This document shows positions 1-12,757 of a DNA stretch of 64,000 bases, piece after piece (position 1 is the stretch's first letter; every line of letters begins with the position of its first letter). Where the stretch lies: assembly GCF_009914755.1 (NCBI RefSeq), contig NC_060932.1, one strand, 5' to 3'. The notes beneath the pieces are model-generated. The model saw only the letters and a list, made by a program, of their open reading frames with translations, ran no database searches and was not told the origin of the DNA. The translations under genes and the position numbers were made by a program. Source of the stretch: the human T2T-CHM13v2.0 reference genome, Homo sapiens.

Positions 1-297
1 CAGAAAAAGAAACCATTCTGGAACTAATAAGCAATTATAGGAAGGTAGCAGGATACAAGGCACATATACAAAGTCAACCACTTCCCTATACACCAGCAGT
101 GAATAAGTGGAATTTCCAAATAAAATCAAAATGCTATTTACAATAGCACCCCCCAAAAAAATTAAAAATTTGAGCATAAATCTAACAAAATATGTGCAAT
201 ATTTATTTGAGGAAAACTACAGAACTGTAATAAAATCAAGGAAGTACTATAATACATGAACGGAAAGAGATTTTTGTGTTCAAGTTTAAGAAGACAC

Positions 298-1319
298 CAA
301 AATAGACAAATGGGATCTAATTAAACTAAAGAGCTTCTGCATGGCAAAAGAAACTACCATCAGAGTGAACAAGCAACCTACAGAATGGGAGAAAATGTTT
401 GCAATCTACCCATCTGACAAAGGGCTAATATCCAGAAGCTACAAAGAACTTAAACAAATTTACAAGAAAAAAACAAACAAGCCCATCAAAAAGTGGGCAA
501 AGGATATGAACAGACACTTCTCTAAAGAAGACATTTATGCAGCCAACAGACAGATGAAAAAATGCTCATCATCACTGGTCCTCAGAGAAATGCAAATCAA
601 AAGTACAATGAGATATCATTTCACACCAGTTAGAATGGTGATCATTAAAAAGTCAGGAAACAACAGATGCTGGAGAGGATGTGGAGAAATAGGAATGCTT
701 TTACACTGTTGGTGGGAGTGTAAATTAGTTCAACCATTGTGGAAGACTGTGGCAATTCCTCAAGGATCTAGAACTAGAAATACCATTTGACCCAGCGATC
801 CTGTTACTGGATATATACCCAAAGGATTATAAATCATGCTCCTATAAAGACGCATGCACACATATGTTTATTGCAGCACTATTCACAATAGCAAAGACTT
901 GAAACCAACCCAAATGTTCATCAATGATAGATTGGATTAAGAAAATGTAGCACATACACACCATAGAATACTATGCAGCCATAAAAAAGGATGATTTCAT
1001 GTGCTTTGCAGGGACATGGATGAAGCTGGAAACCATCATTCTCAGCAAACTATTGAAGGACTGAAAACCGAACACCACATGTTCTCACTCAGAGGTGGGA
1101 ATTCAAAAATGAGAACAATTGGACACAAGGTGGGGAACATCACACACCAGGGCCTGTCGCGGGGGTGGGGAGATGGGGGAGGGATAGCATTTGGAGAAAT
1201 GCCTAATGTAAATGATGAGTTGATGGGTGCAGCAAAACAACATGGCACATGTACACCTATGTAACAAACCTGCACGTTGTGCACATGTACCCTAGAACTT
1301 AAAGTACTAAAAAAAGTAT
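298..1319 (+). mobile_element. 5'-truncated L1PA (ORF2 C-terminus plus 3' UTR)
   Basis: ORF 341-790 translates to the L1 ORF2p C-terminus (QPTEWEK...[14 protein letters not shown]); L1PA 3' UTR ending 'gtaccctagaacttaaagta'; target-site duplication AAGAAGACAC at 288-297 and 1320-1329. Confidence 0.93.
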
Positions 1320-1555
1320 AAGAAGACACAATATTGTCACAATGCCAATTCTTTCAAACTGAATCTATAGAGTCAATGCAATTTTAATTAAAGACTTAGC
1401 AAGTTATTTTAAGGATATTAACAAACTAATTGTAAAGCTTATATGGAGAGATAAAAGACCCTGATAAGCCAACACAATACTGAAGAGGAATAAAGTTGGA
1501 GGACTGATTTCAAGGCTTACTATCAAGCTACAGTAATCAAGATAGTGTGGTATTG

Positions 1556-1850
<295 letters not shown>

Positions 1851-2798
1851 GATATAGTATTGGCAAAAGAATACGCAAATAGATCAATGGAACAGAATAA
1901 AGAGCAGATGGAGACTCACATACATATAGTCACCTAATCTTTGACAAAGGAGCAGAGACAATATAGAGGGGAAAAGATAGTCTTTTCTACAAATGGTGCT
2001 GGATCAACTACATATCTACATACCAAAAAAATGAACCTGGGCACATAACTTACACCTTTCACAAAAATTAACTCAGAATGAATTTGTGTTTTACTTAAAT
2101 GTAAAACACAAAAGTATAAAGCTTCTAGAAGATAGCATAGGAAAAAATCTAGGTCACTTTGGGTTTGTCAATAACTTTTTAGGTACAGCATCAAATGCAT
2201 GATCCATGAAAGATGTAATTGATAAACTGGACTTTATGAAAATAATAAAAATTCTGCTCTGTAAAATACACTGACAAAGGAATAAACAGATAACCCACAG
2301 AGTGGGAGAAGATACTTAAAATCCTGTATCTGATAAAGAATTGTTATCCAAAAATACACAAAGAACTTTCAAAACTCAACAATAAGAAAAATACAATTAA
2401 AAAATAGGCCAAAGGTCTGAATGGACACCTCAACACAGTGAATATATACGTGACACATAAATACACAAAAGTATGTTTAACATCAAATGCTATTAGATAA
2501 TTGCAAATTAAGACAAAAAAAAGATAAAGCTGAGCAAGATGGCAGAATAAAAGCCTACACTGTTTGCCCCCACTGTTGGAACACCAAATTTTAACAACTG
2601 ACTGCACACAGAAAAGCATCATGACAAGAACCAAAAATCAAGTGAGCAATCACACTACCAGGTTTTAATTTCATATCACTAGAAGAGGCATTGAGGAAGG
2701 CCGGAGAGACAGTCTTGTATTGCTAACAACAAGTCTGCAAAAACCACAGTGTTATTGGGCTTGAGGCCCAAGTCCCTTCAAATTCTTGGACAGTCCTC

Positions 2799-3186
2799 TG
2801 ATATGGTTTGGCCATGTGTTCCCACTTAAACTTCATTTCAAATTAAATCCCCACGTGTTGGGAGAGGGCCCTCCTGGGAGGTAATTGAATCATGGGGGCA
2901 AACTTCTCCTTGCTGTTCTCATGATAGTGAGTGAGTGTTCACAAGATCTGGGCGTTTGAAAGTGTGTAGCACTCCCCCCTTCACTCTCTCTCTCCCACTC
3001 CACCATGATAAGTCATAGACATGATTGTCTCCCCTTCACCTTCCACTATGATTGTAAGTTTCCTGAGGCCTCCCAGCCATGCTTCCTGTTAAGCCTGTGG
3101 AATTGTGAGTAAATTAAACCTCTTTTCTTCATAAATTATCCAGTCTCAGGTAGTTCTTTATAGCAGTGTGAGAACAAACTAATACA
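2799..3186 (+). mobile_element. MST-family (MaLR) solo LTR
   Basis: tgatatggtttgg ... attaaacctcttttcttcataaatta ... ctaataca termini; near-identical 5-bp flanks tcctc/ccctc. Confidence 0.88.
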
Positions 3187-4533
3187 CCCTCCCAAGGAAA
3201 AAAGATACAAACAAGCTCAGACTATGAAGACTACAATACTACCTAACTCTTCAATGCCCAGACACAGACAACCATCTACAAGTATTAAGACCATCCAGGA
3301 AAACATACTTCAATAAATTAACTAAATAAGGCACCAGGGACCAATCCTGGAAAAACAGAGATATATGACCTTTCAGAAAATTGAAAATGCTGTTTTGAGG
3401 AAACTCAAAGAAATTCTAGATAATACAGAGAAGGAATTCAGAATTCTATCCGATAAATTTAGGAAAGATTGAAATAATTTGAACAAATCAAGTAAAAATT
3501 GTAGAAATTATATAGTTGAAAAATTCAATTGACATGTTGAAGAATTCTTAATAGTGTTGAAGTAGAATTGATCAAGCAGAAGAAAGAATTAGTGAGCTTG
3601 AAAACAGACCAATTGAAAATACACAGTCAGAGAAAACAAAAGAAAAAGAATAGAAAAACAATGAAGCACACCTACAGAATATAGAGAATAAGCCTCAAAA
3701 TGTCAAATCTAAGCATTTTTGACCTTAAAGAGGAGGTAGAGAAGGACATAAGGGAAGAAAGTTTATTCGATGGGATAACATAGAGAACTTCTCAAACCAG
3801 AGAAAAACATCAACACTCAACTACAAGAAGGTTATAGAACACCAACCAGATTTAATCCAAACAAGACTAACTCAAGTCACTTAATAATCAAACCCCTAAA
3901 GATCAAGGATAAAGAAAGAATCCTAAAAGCAACAAAAGAAAAGCAATAAATAACATACTAAGAAGCTCCAATACATCTGGCAGCAGACTTTTCAGTAGAA
4001 ACCATATAGGCAAGGAAAGAGTGGCGTAGTATATTTCAAGTGCTAAAGGAAAAAAAAAAAAACTTTTCCCCTAGAAGAATATATTCATGAAAATATCCTT
4101 CAAATGTGAAAGAAAAAACCTTTCCCAGACAAACAAAAGCTGATAGATTTCATCAACACCAGACCTGTCCTACAAGAAATGCTGATGGGAGTTCTTCAAT
4201 CTGAAAAAAAAGAGGATGTTAGTGAGCAAAAAGAAATTGTATGAAGGTACAAATTCATTGGTAATAGTAAGCACACAGAGAAACATAGAATAGTATAACA
4301 CTATAATGGTGGTGTGCAAACTGCTTAAGTAGAAAGACTAAATGATGAACCACTCAAAAATAACAACCACAACAAGTTTTCAAGACACAGAAAGTACAAT
4401 AAGACATAGAGAAACAACAAAACATAAGAGTTTTTGTTAGTTTTCTCTTCATGTATTTGTATGGTTGTACATGCAATCAGTGTTAAGTTGTCATCAGTTT
4501 AAAATAATAGGTTATAATGCAGTATTTACAAGC

Positions 4534-5663
4534 TATCAGGGGAACTAGCCCCCAATATTTCAGCATAGGTTCTTTCTATTTTCCCTAAGTGTTGGCCAGT
4601 CTGAGAAATAAGAGAAAGAGTACAAAGAGAAATTTTACAGCTGGGCCACTGGAGGTGACATCACATATTGGCAGGTTCCATGATGCCCACCTGAGCCGCA
4701 AAACCAGCAAGTTTTTATTAGCTATTCTAAAAGGGGAAGGAGTGTACGAACAGGGAGTAAGTCACAAAGATCACATGCATCAAAGGGCAATAAAAGATCA
4801 CAAGGCAAGGCAAAATTAGAATTACTGATGAGGGCCTATGTCCTGCTGTGCATGCATTGTCTTGATAAACATCTTAACAGGAAACAGGGTTCCAGAGCAG
4901 ACAACCGGTCTGACTAGAATTTACCAGGCTGGAATTTCCCAATCCTTGTAAGCCTGAGGGTACTGCAGGAGACCAGGGCGTATTTCAGTCCTTATCTCAA
5001 CTGCATAAGACAGACACTCCTAGAGTGGCCGTCTATAGACCTACCCCCAGGAATGCATTCCTTCCCCAGGGCTATCAGTTATTAATATTCCTTGCTGGGA
5101 AAAGAATTCAGTGATATTTCTCCTACTCACACGTCCATCTATAGGCTCTCTGCAAGAAGAAAAATATGGCTCTATTCTGCCCAACCCCACAGGCTCTCTG
5201 CAAGAAGAAAAATATGGCTCTATTCTGCCCAACCCCACAGGCAGTCAGACCTTATGGTTATCTTTCCTTGTTCCCTGAAAATCTCTGTTATTCTGTTCTT
5301 TTTCAGGGTGCACTGATTTCATATTGTTCAAACACACATGTTTTACAAACAATTTGTACAGCTAATGCAATCATCACAGGGTCCTGAGGTGACATACATC
5401 CTCAGCTTATGAAGATGACTGGATTAAGAGATTAAAGTAAAGACAGGATATAAGAAATTATAAGAGTATTGATTGGGGAAGTGATAAATGTCCATGAAAT
5501 CTTCACAATTCATGTTCAGAGACTGCAGTAAAGACAGGCATACAAAATTATAAAAGTATTAATTTTGGAAACTGATAAATGTCCATGAAATCTTCACAAT
5601 TTATGTTCTTCTGCCTCAGCTCCAGCTGGTCCCTCCATTTGGGGTCCCTGACTTCCTGCAACA
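4534..5663 (-). mobile_element. MER11 (HERV-K11/HML-8) solo LTR
   Basis: Reverse complement begins tgttgcaggaagtcagggacccc; internal repeat 'gataaatgtccatgaaatcttcacaatt'; 6-bp TSD ACAAGC at 4528-4533 and 5664-5669. Confidence 0.88.
5143..5242. repeat. 48-bp tandem duplication inside MER11
   Basis: aggctctctgcaagaagaaaaatatggctctattctgcccaaccccac twice (5143-5190, 5191-5238) followed by aggc. Confidence 0.95.
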
Positions 5664-6245
5664 ACAAGCCACATGGTAATCTCAAATCAAAAAACATACA
5701 ATGGATACACAAAAAATAAAAAGCAAGAAATTATAGCATATCACCAGACCAAATCACCTTTACCAAAGAGAAGACAGGGATAAAGGAAAGAAGAAAGAAA
5801 AGATTGCAAAACAACCAGAAAAAAGAAATAACATAATGGCAGGGGTAATTTCCCACTTATCAATAATAATATTAAATGTAAATGGACTAAACTCTCCAAT
5901 CAAAAAATACAGAGTGGCTGAATGGATGAAGAAACAAGACCCAATGATTTGTTGCCTATAGGAAACATAAGTCACCTAAAAAGATACACATAAACTGAAA
6001 ATAAAGGGATGGAAAAAGATATTTTATGCCAATGAAAACCAAAAAAGCATGGGAGTAGCTATTCTTATATCAGACAAAATTGATTTCAAGATGAAAACTG
6101 TTAGAAGAGACAAAGAAGGTAATTATATAAAGGGGTCTGTTCAGCAAGAGGATATTATAATTTTAAATATATATGCACCCAACACTAAAACACTCAGATA
6201 TATAAAGAAAATATTATTAGAGCTAAAGAGAGAGACAGACCCCAA

Positions 6246-7123
6246 GTTTAACTTCAGGGGTACATGTGCAGGTTTGTTACACAGGCCAACTGTGTCACAG
6301 GAATTTGTTGTAGAGACTAGTTCATCCCCAAGATATTAAGCCTAGTACCCATTTATTATTGTTCTTGATTCCCTCCTTCTCCCACCCTCCATCCTCTGAT
6401 AGATTCCAGTGTCTGTTATTCCTCCTGCTATCACCCATGTGTCCATGTGATCTCATCATTTAGGTCCCACTTATAAGTGAGAACATGTGGTATTTGGTTT
6501 TCTGCTCCTATGTTAGTTTGCTAAGAATGATGACTTCCAACTGCATCCATGTTCCTGCAAAAGACATGATCTTGTTCTGTTTTATGGCTGCATATCTATC
6601 TATATATATATATATCACATTTTCTTTATCCAGTCGACCACTGATGGGCATTTAGATTGATTCCATGTCTTTGCTATCATGAATAGTGCTGTGATGAACA
6701 TACACATTCACATGTCTTTTTAACATAAAATTTTATATTCCTTTGGGCATATACCCAGTAATGGAATTGCTGAGTCAAATGATACCACTTTCTTTAGGTC
6801 TTTGAGGAATTGGCACACTATCTTCCACAATGGTTGAACTAATTTACACTCCTGCCAACAGTGTATAAGCATTCCCTTTTCTCTGCAATCTTGCCAGCAC
6901 CTATTATTTTTTAACATTTTAATAATGGCCATTCTGACTGGTGTGAGATGGTATCTCAGTGAGGTTTTGATTTGCATTTCTCTATTAATCAGTGATATTG
7001 AGCTTTTCTTCATATGCTTATTTATTGGCTGCATGTATGACTTGTTTTGAAAGGTGTCTGTTCATGTTCTTTGCCCACTTTTTAATGCAGTTGTTTGCTT
7101 TTACTTGTAAATCTGTTTAAGTT
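6246..7123 (-). mobile_element. Antisense older-L1PA 3' fragment inserted into L1MA ORF2
   Basis: ORF 6720-7034(-) is the ORF2p C-terminus; the host reads 'gacagaccccaa|atagctggagacttcaatacc' across it. Confidence 0.88.
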
Positions 7124-8291
7124 ATAGCTGGAGACTTCAATACCCCACTTTCAGCATTGGACAGATCTCTGAGACAGAAAATCAACAAAGAAATATTAAA
7201 TGTAATCTGCACTATAGAACAAATTGATCTAATAGATATTTACAGAACATTTTATCCAACATCTGTCAAATACACACTCTTCTCAGCATGTGGATCATTC
7301 TCAAAGATAGTCCATATATTAGGTCCTTAAAAAGTCTTAAATTATTCAAAAAATTGAAATAATATCAAGCATCTTATCTGACCACAATGGAGTAAAACTA
7401 GAAGTCAATACCTAAAAGAATGTTAGAATATATACAAAAACATGAATATTAAATGGTATGCTCCTGAATGACTAGTGAGTCAATGAAGAAATTAAGAAGA
7501 ATATTTAAATAATTTTTCAAACATATAATTTTAACACAGCATCCCTAAACCTGTGGGATACAGCAAAAGCAGTACTGAGTAAAGTTTACAGCTGTAAGTG
7601 CCTATATCAAAAAAGATGGAAACATCAAATAAATAAATGAATGAAACAGCATCTTAAAGAACTAGAAAAGCAAGAGGAAACTAAACTCAAAAGTAAGAGA
7701 AGAGATACAAATCAGAGCAGAAATAAATGAATTTGAAATGACAAAAACAATACAAAAGATCAATGAAACAAAAAGTTGGTTTTTTGAAAAAATAAACAAA
7801 ATGGAAAAACTTTTAGTCGGACTAGGAAAAAAAGAGAGAAGACCCAAATAAGTAAAATCAGAAATGAAGAAAAAAAAGACATTACAATTGACAACACAGA
7901 ATTCAAAGGAACATTAGTGGCTACCATGAACAACTATATACCAATAAATTGGGAAATTTAGAAGAAATTGATACATTTCTAGGCACATACAACCTACCAA
8001 GATTGAAGCATGAAGAAATCCAAAACCTGAACAATCCAATAACAAATAACAAGACCGAGGCCCATAGTGAAAAGTTGCCCAGTTTAAACAAAAAAAAAAA
8101 AAAAAAAAGAAGAAAGCTGGGAACTGATGGATTCACTGCTGAATTCTACCAAACATTTATAGAAGAACAAATACTAATCCTACTCAAAGTGTTCTGAAAA
8201 ATGAAGGATGAGTGAATGCTCTCAAACTCATTGTATGAAGCCATTATTATCCTGATACCAAAACCAGACAAAGACACGTTTATAAAAGAGA

Positions 8292-8640
8292 AAATGATTT
8301 AGTTTTCTAAATCATGAGTAAATGATTTAGTTTTCTAAATCATGAGTAAATGATTTAGTTTTCTAAATCATGAGTAAATGATTTAGTTTTCTAAATCATG
8401 AGTAAATGATTTAGTTTTCTAAATCATGAGTAAATGATTTAGTTTTCTAAATCATGAGTAAATGATTTAGTTTTCTAAATCATGAGTAAATGATTTAGTT
8501 TTCTAAATCATGAGTAAATGATTTAGTTTTCTAAATCATGAGTAAATGATTTAGTTTTCTAAATCATGAGTAAATGATTTAGTTTTCTAAATCATGAGTA
8601 AATGATTTAGTTTTCTAAATCATGAGTAAATGATTTAGTT
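8292..8640. repeat. Perfect minisatellite (AAATGATTTAGTTTTCTAAATCATGAGT) x12 plus 13 bp
   Basis: 28-bp period, units start at 8292+28k, no mismatches seen; internal inverted repeat ATGATTTAG-TTTT-CTAAATCAT. Confidence 0.97.
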
Positions 8641-8835
8641 AAAGTTGTTTGGTAGTAGGGTTGGTTGGGTTTGGAACTAGGGTTAGATCAGGTGGTCAAA
8701 TTGAGTTGAAATTTCCCAGGTGTAAACTGGGTGCTTTATGTTAAGCTACACCTTGGTTCGTCCAAGTGCACTTTCCAGTACGCTTACCATGTTACGACTT
8801 ATCTCCTCTATATAAATGCATAGGGGTTTTAGTTA
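8623..8835 (-). pseudogene. NUMT: mitochondrial 12S rRNA 3' end, tRNA-Val and 16S rRNA 5' end
   Basis: Reverse complement reads aactaaaacccctatgcatttatatagaggagataagtcgtaacatggtaagcgtactggaaagtgcacttggacgaac (12S end with the conserved aagtcgtaaca), then a tRNA, then tctaaccctagttccaaaccc... (16S start), in mitochondrial gene order. Confidence 0.93.
8688..8755 (-). pseudogene. Nuclear copy of mitochondrial tRNA-Val (TAC)
   Basis: caaggtgtagcttaacataaagcacccagtttacacctgggaaatttcaactcaatttgaccacctga; anticodon arm cccag-tttacac-ctggg. Confidence 0.88.
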
Positions 8836-10905
8836 GGCAAACATCCCTGATGACTATTGATGCAAAAATCATTGACAAAATACCAGCAAATCAAATTCAA
8901 CAACACATTAAAAAGATCATTCATTATAACCAAGTGGTATATATCCCTAAGATTCAAGAATGATTTATCACATGCTAATCAATCAATGCAACACATCATA
9001 TCAATAGAATGAAGGACAAAAACCATATGATTAATCAATTGAAACTGTAAAAACATTTGATAATGTTCAACATCTCTTCATGATAAAAAAAACCCTGAAA
9101 TATCTAGGCATAGAAGGAACATAAAGGCCATATTTGACAGTCCCATAACTAGTAATATACTGAACAGGGGAAAATGAAAAGCCTTTCTTCTTAAATACTG
9201 AACATGACAAAGACTCCCACTGTTATTCAACATAGCACTGGAACTCCCAGCTAGAGCAATCAGACAAAAGAAAGAAACAAAAAACATCCACATTGGAAAG
9301 AAAGAAGTCACATTATGTTTATATGCAGATGATAGGATCTTATTTTTGGAAACACCAAAACATTCCAACAAAAAAAAAAAAACTATTAGAACTGATAAAT
9401 TCAGTAAAGTTGCAAGACACAAAATCTACATACGAAAATAAGTGGCATTTCTATATGCCAACAGTGAACCATCTGAAAAAGAAATCTCAAAAAGAATCCC
9501 ATTTACACCAGCCACAAATAAAATTAAATACCTAGAAATTAACCAAAGAAGTGATAGATCTCTATAATAAAAACTATGTAACACTGATGAAAGAAATTGA
9601 AGTGGTCACAAAAAATAGAGTGACATTTCATGTTCATGGATTGGAAGAATCAATGTTGTTAAAATGTCCATACTACTCAAAGCAATCTACAGATTCAAAG
9701 CAATCCCTATCAAAATTCCAATGACATTCTTGAAAGAAATTTTTAAAAAATTCCTAAAATTTATATGGAACAACAAAAGACCCAGAATAGCTAAAGCCTG
9801 GGTAAAAAGAATAAAACTGGAGGAATCACAATACCTGATTTTAAATTATACCACAGAGCAATGGTAACCAAAGCAGCATTGTACCGGCATAAAAGCAGAC
9901 ATATAGACCAATGGAAGATAATAGAGGACCCAGAAACAAATCCACTTACCTACAGTAAAGTCATTTTTGATAATTGTACCAAGAACAGCCACTGGGGAAA
10001 AGATAGTATCTTCAATAAATGGTGCTGGGAAAACTGGATATCCAAATGCAGAAAAATGAAACTAGACCTCTATCTCTTGCCATATAAAAAATCAAATCAA
10101 AGTAGGTTAAAGGCTTAAATATAAGACCTCAAACCATGAAAACGCTACAAGAAAAAATTGGACAAACTCTCCAGAACATGACTCTGAGCAAAAATTTCTT
10201 GAGTAATACACCACAAGCACAGGCATCCAAAGCAAAAATGGACAAATAGGATCACATCAAATTAACAAGCATCTGCACAGCAAAGGAAACAATTAACAAA
10301 ATGAGGAGGCAACCCACAGAATGGGAGAAAATATTTTCAACCTGCCCATCTGACAAGGGATTAATAACCAGAATACACAGGAAACTCAAACAATTCTATA
10401 TGGAAAAAAAACCAACTAATAATCTGATCAAAAAATGGGCAAAAGATTTGAATAGACATTTCTCAAAAGAAGACATACAAATGGCAAACAGGCATATGAA
10501 AAGGTGCTTAACATCATGGATCATCAGAGAAAGGCAAACTAAAACTACAATGAATATCAGTTAAAGTGGCTTTTATCCAAGAGTCAGGCAGTAACAAATG
10601 CTGGTGGGGATGTGGAGAAAAGGAAAAACCCTTGTACACTATTTATGAAAATGTAAATTAGTAAAACCGCTATGGAGAACAGTTTGGAGGTTCCTCAAAA
10701 AAGTATAAATAGATCTACCATATGATCCAGTCCCACTTCTGAGTATATACCAAAAAAAAAAAAAAAAAGGAAATCAGTATGTTAAAGAGATATGTATACC
10801 CTCATGTTGTTGTGACACTGTTCACAATAGCCAAGATTTGGAAGCAACCTAAGCGTTCATAAACAAATGAATGGATAAAGAAATGTGATACATATACACA
10901 ATGGA

Positions 10906-12236
10906 TGATATGGTTTATCTTTGGTTTTGTGGCCTGGACCCAGGGTCCCATTGCCCTGTGCAACCTCCGGACACTGCTCCCTGTGTCCCAGCCACTCCAA
11001 TTCCAGCTGTGCCTAAAAGGGCCCCAGATACATCTCACATTGCTGCTCCAGAGGGTGCAGGCCGCAGGTCTTGGCAGCTTCCACATGGTGTTAAGCCTGC
11101 GGGTATGCACAAGGCAAGAGATGAGGCTTGGGATCCTCGCCTAGATTTCAAAGCATATATGGAAATGCCTGGCAGTACAGGCAGAAGTTTGTTTCAGGGG
11201 CCGAACTGTCATAGAGAACCTCTCCTAGGGCAGTGTGGAAGTGAAATGTGGAGTTGGAGCCCCTACACAGAGTCTCCACTAGGGCACGGCCTAGTGGAGC
11301 TGTGAGAAGAGAGCCACTCTGCTCCAAAACCCAGAATGGTAGATCCACCAAAAGCTTGCACTGTGCACTTGGATAAGCCACAGGCACTCAACGCCAGCCC
11401 ATGAAAGTGGCTGCAAGGGCTATACCCTGCAGAGCCACAAGGGTGGAGTTACCCAAGGCCTTGGGAAACCAACCCTTGCATTATTAGTGTGGTCTGGGTG
11501 TGAGATGTGGAATCAAAGGAGATTATTTTGGAGCTTTAAGATTTAATGACTGCCCTGCTGGATTTCAGACTTGCATGGGGCCTGTAGCCCCTTTGTTTTG
11601 GCCAATTTCTCCATTTTGGAATGGAAGCATTTGCCCAATGCCTGTATCCTCTTGTATCTTGGATGTAACTAACTTTCGATTTTACAGGTTCATAGATGGA
11701 AGAGATTTGCCTTGTCTCAGATCAGACTTTGAACTTGGACTTTTGAGTTAGTGCTGGAATGAATTAAAACTCTGAGAGACTGTTGGGAAGGCATGATTGT
11801 GTTTTGAAATGTGAGAAGGATATGAGATTTGGGAGTAGACAGGGCAGAATAATATGGTATAGCTCTGTGTCCCCACCCAAATCTCATATTGAGTTGTAAT
11901 CCTCTATTTTGGAGGAGGAGCTAGGTGGGAGGTGATTGAATCATGGGGATTGGCTTCCTTCTTGCTGTTCTCCTGATAATGAGTGAGTTCTCATGAGATC
12001 TGGTTGTTTAAAAGTGTGTAGCATTTCCCCCTGCACACTCTTCCTCCTGCTCTGGCTGTGTAAGATGTGCTTCCTTCCTCTTCCTTACCTTTCACCATGA
12101 TTGTACATTTCCTGAGGCCTTTCCATTCATGCTTCCTGTACAGACTGCAGAACTGTGAGCAAATTAAACCTCTTTTCTTTATAAATTACCCAGTCTCAGG
12201 TAGTTCTTTATAGCAACATGAGAAAGGATTAATACA
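10906..12236 (+). mobile_element. MST (MaLR) element: 5' LTR stub, partial internal region and 3' LTR (~11850-12236)
   Basis: tgatatggttt stub, MaLR internal sequence, purine tract 'gggagtagacagggcagaa', complete LTR ending aataca; TSD ATGGA at 10901-10905 and 12237-12241. Confidence 0.85.
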
Positions 12237-12757
12237 ATGGAGTACTATTCAGTCATAAAAAATGAGATTCTGTCATTTGCAGCAGCATGGATGGAACTGG
12301 AGGTCCTTCTGTTTAGTAAAATAAGTCAGGCACAGAAAGACAAACATATGTTCTCACTTACTTGTGGGATCTAAAAATTAAAACAATTGAACTCATGGAG
12401 ATAGAGAATAGAAGAATGGTTACCAGAGTCTGGGAAAGGTAGTGGAGGAGTGTAGGCGAGGTGGGGATGGTTAATGGGTACAAAAAAATAGCTAGAAAGA
12501 ATGAATAAGACCTAGTATTTGATAACACAACAGGGGGACTATAGTTTATCATAATTTAATAGTATATTTTAAAATAACTAAAAGAGCATAATTGGATTGT
12601 TTGTAACACAAAGAACAAATGCTTGAGGGGATGGATATCCAATTTTCCATGATGTGATTATTATGCATTGCATGCCTATACCAAAATATCTCATGTACAC
12701 TCTAAATATATACATTTATTATGTACCTACAAAAATTAAAATTTTTAAAAAAGAAGA

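Larger units (their letters stand above)
2527..12757 (+). mobile_element. Near-full-length, inactivated L1MA-type LINE carrying several nested insertions
   Basis: 5' end 'gagcaagatggcagaata'; ORF1-like region ~3260-4230; ORF2 start at 5836 (MAGVISHLSIIILNVNGLNSPIK, endonuclease N-terminus); ORF2 fragments in the ORF track (6049, 7949, 9664, 9861, 10301); L1MA-type 3' UTR 12237-12750; host L1M resumes afterwards. Confidence 0.85.

Noticed and set aside
8292-8640. CRISPR-like array (28-bp palindromic repeats)
   Set aside because: No spacers (head-to-tail units), no cas genes, primate context; the unit is explained by the NUMT end.
8688-8835. Functional tRNA or rRNA gene
   Set aside because: Truncated mitochondrial fragment inside an L1; no nuclear Pol III context and a shortened acceptor stem.
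10802-11751. ORF cluster of 79-134 aa
   Set aside because: Lies within MaLR internal sequence.
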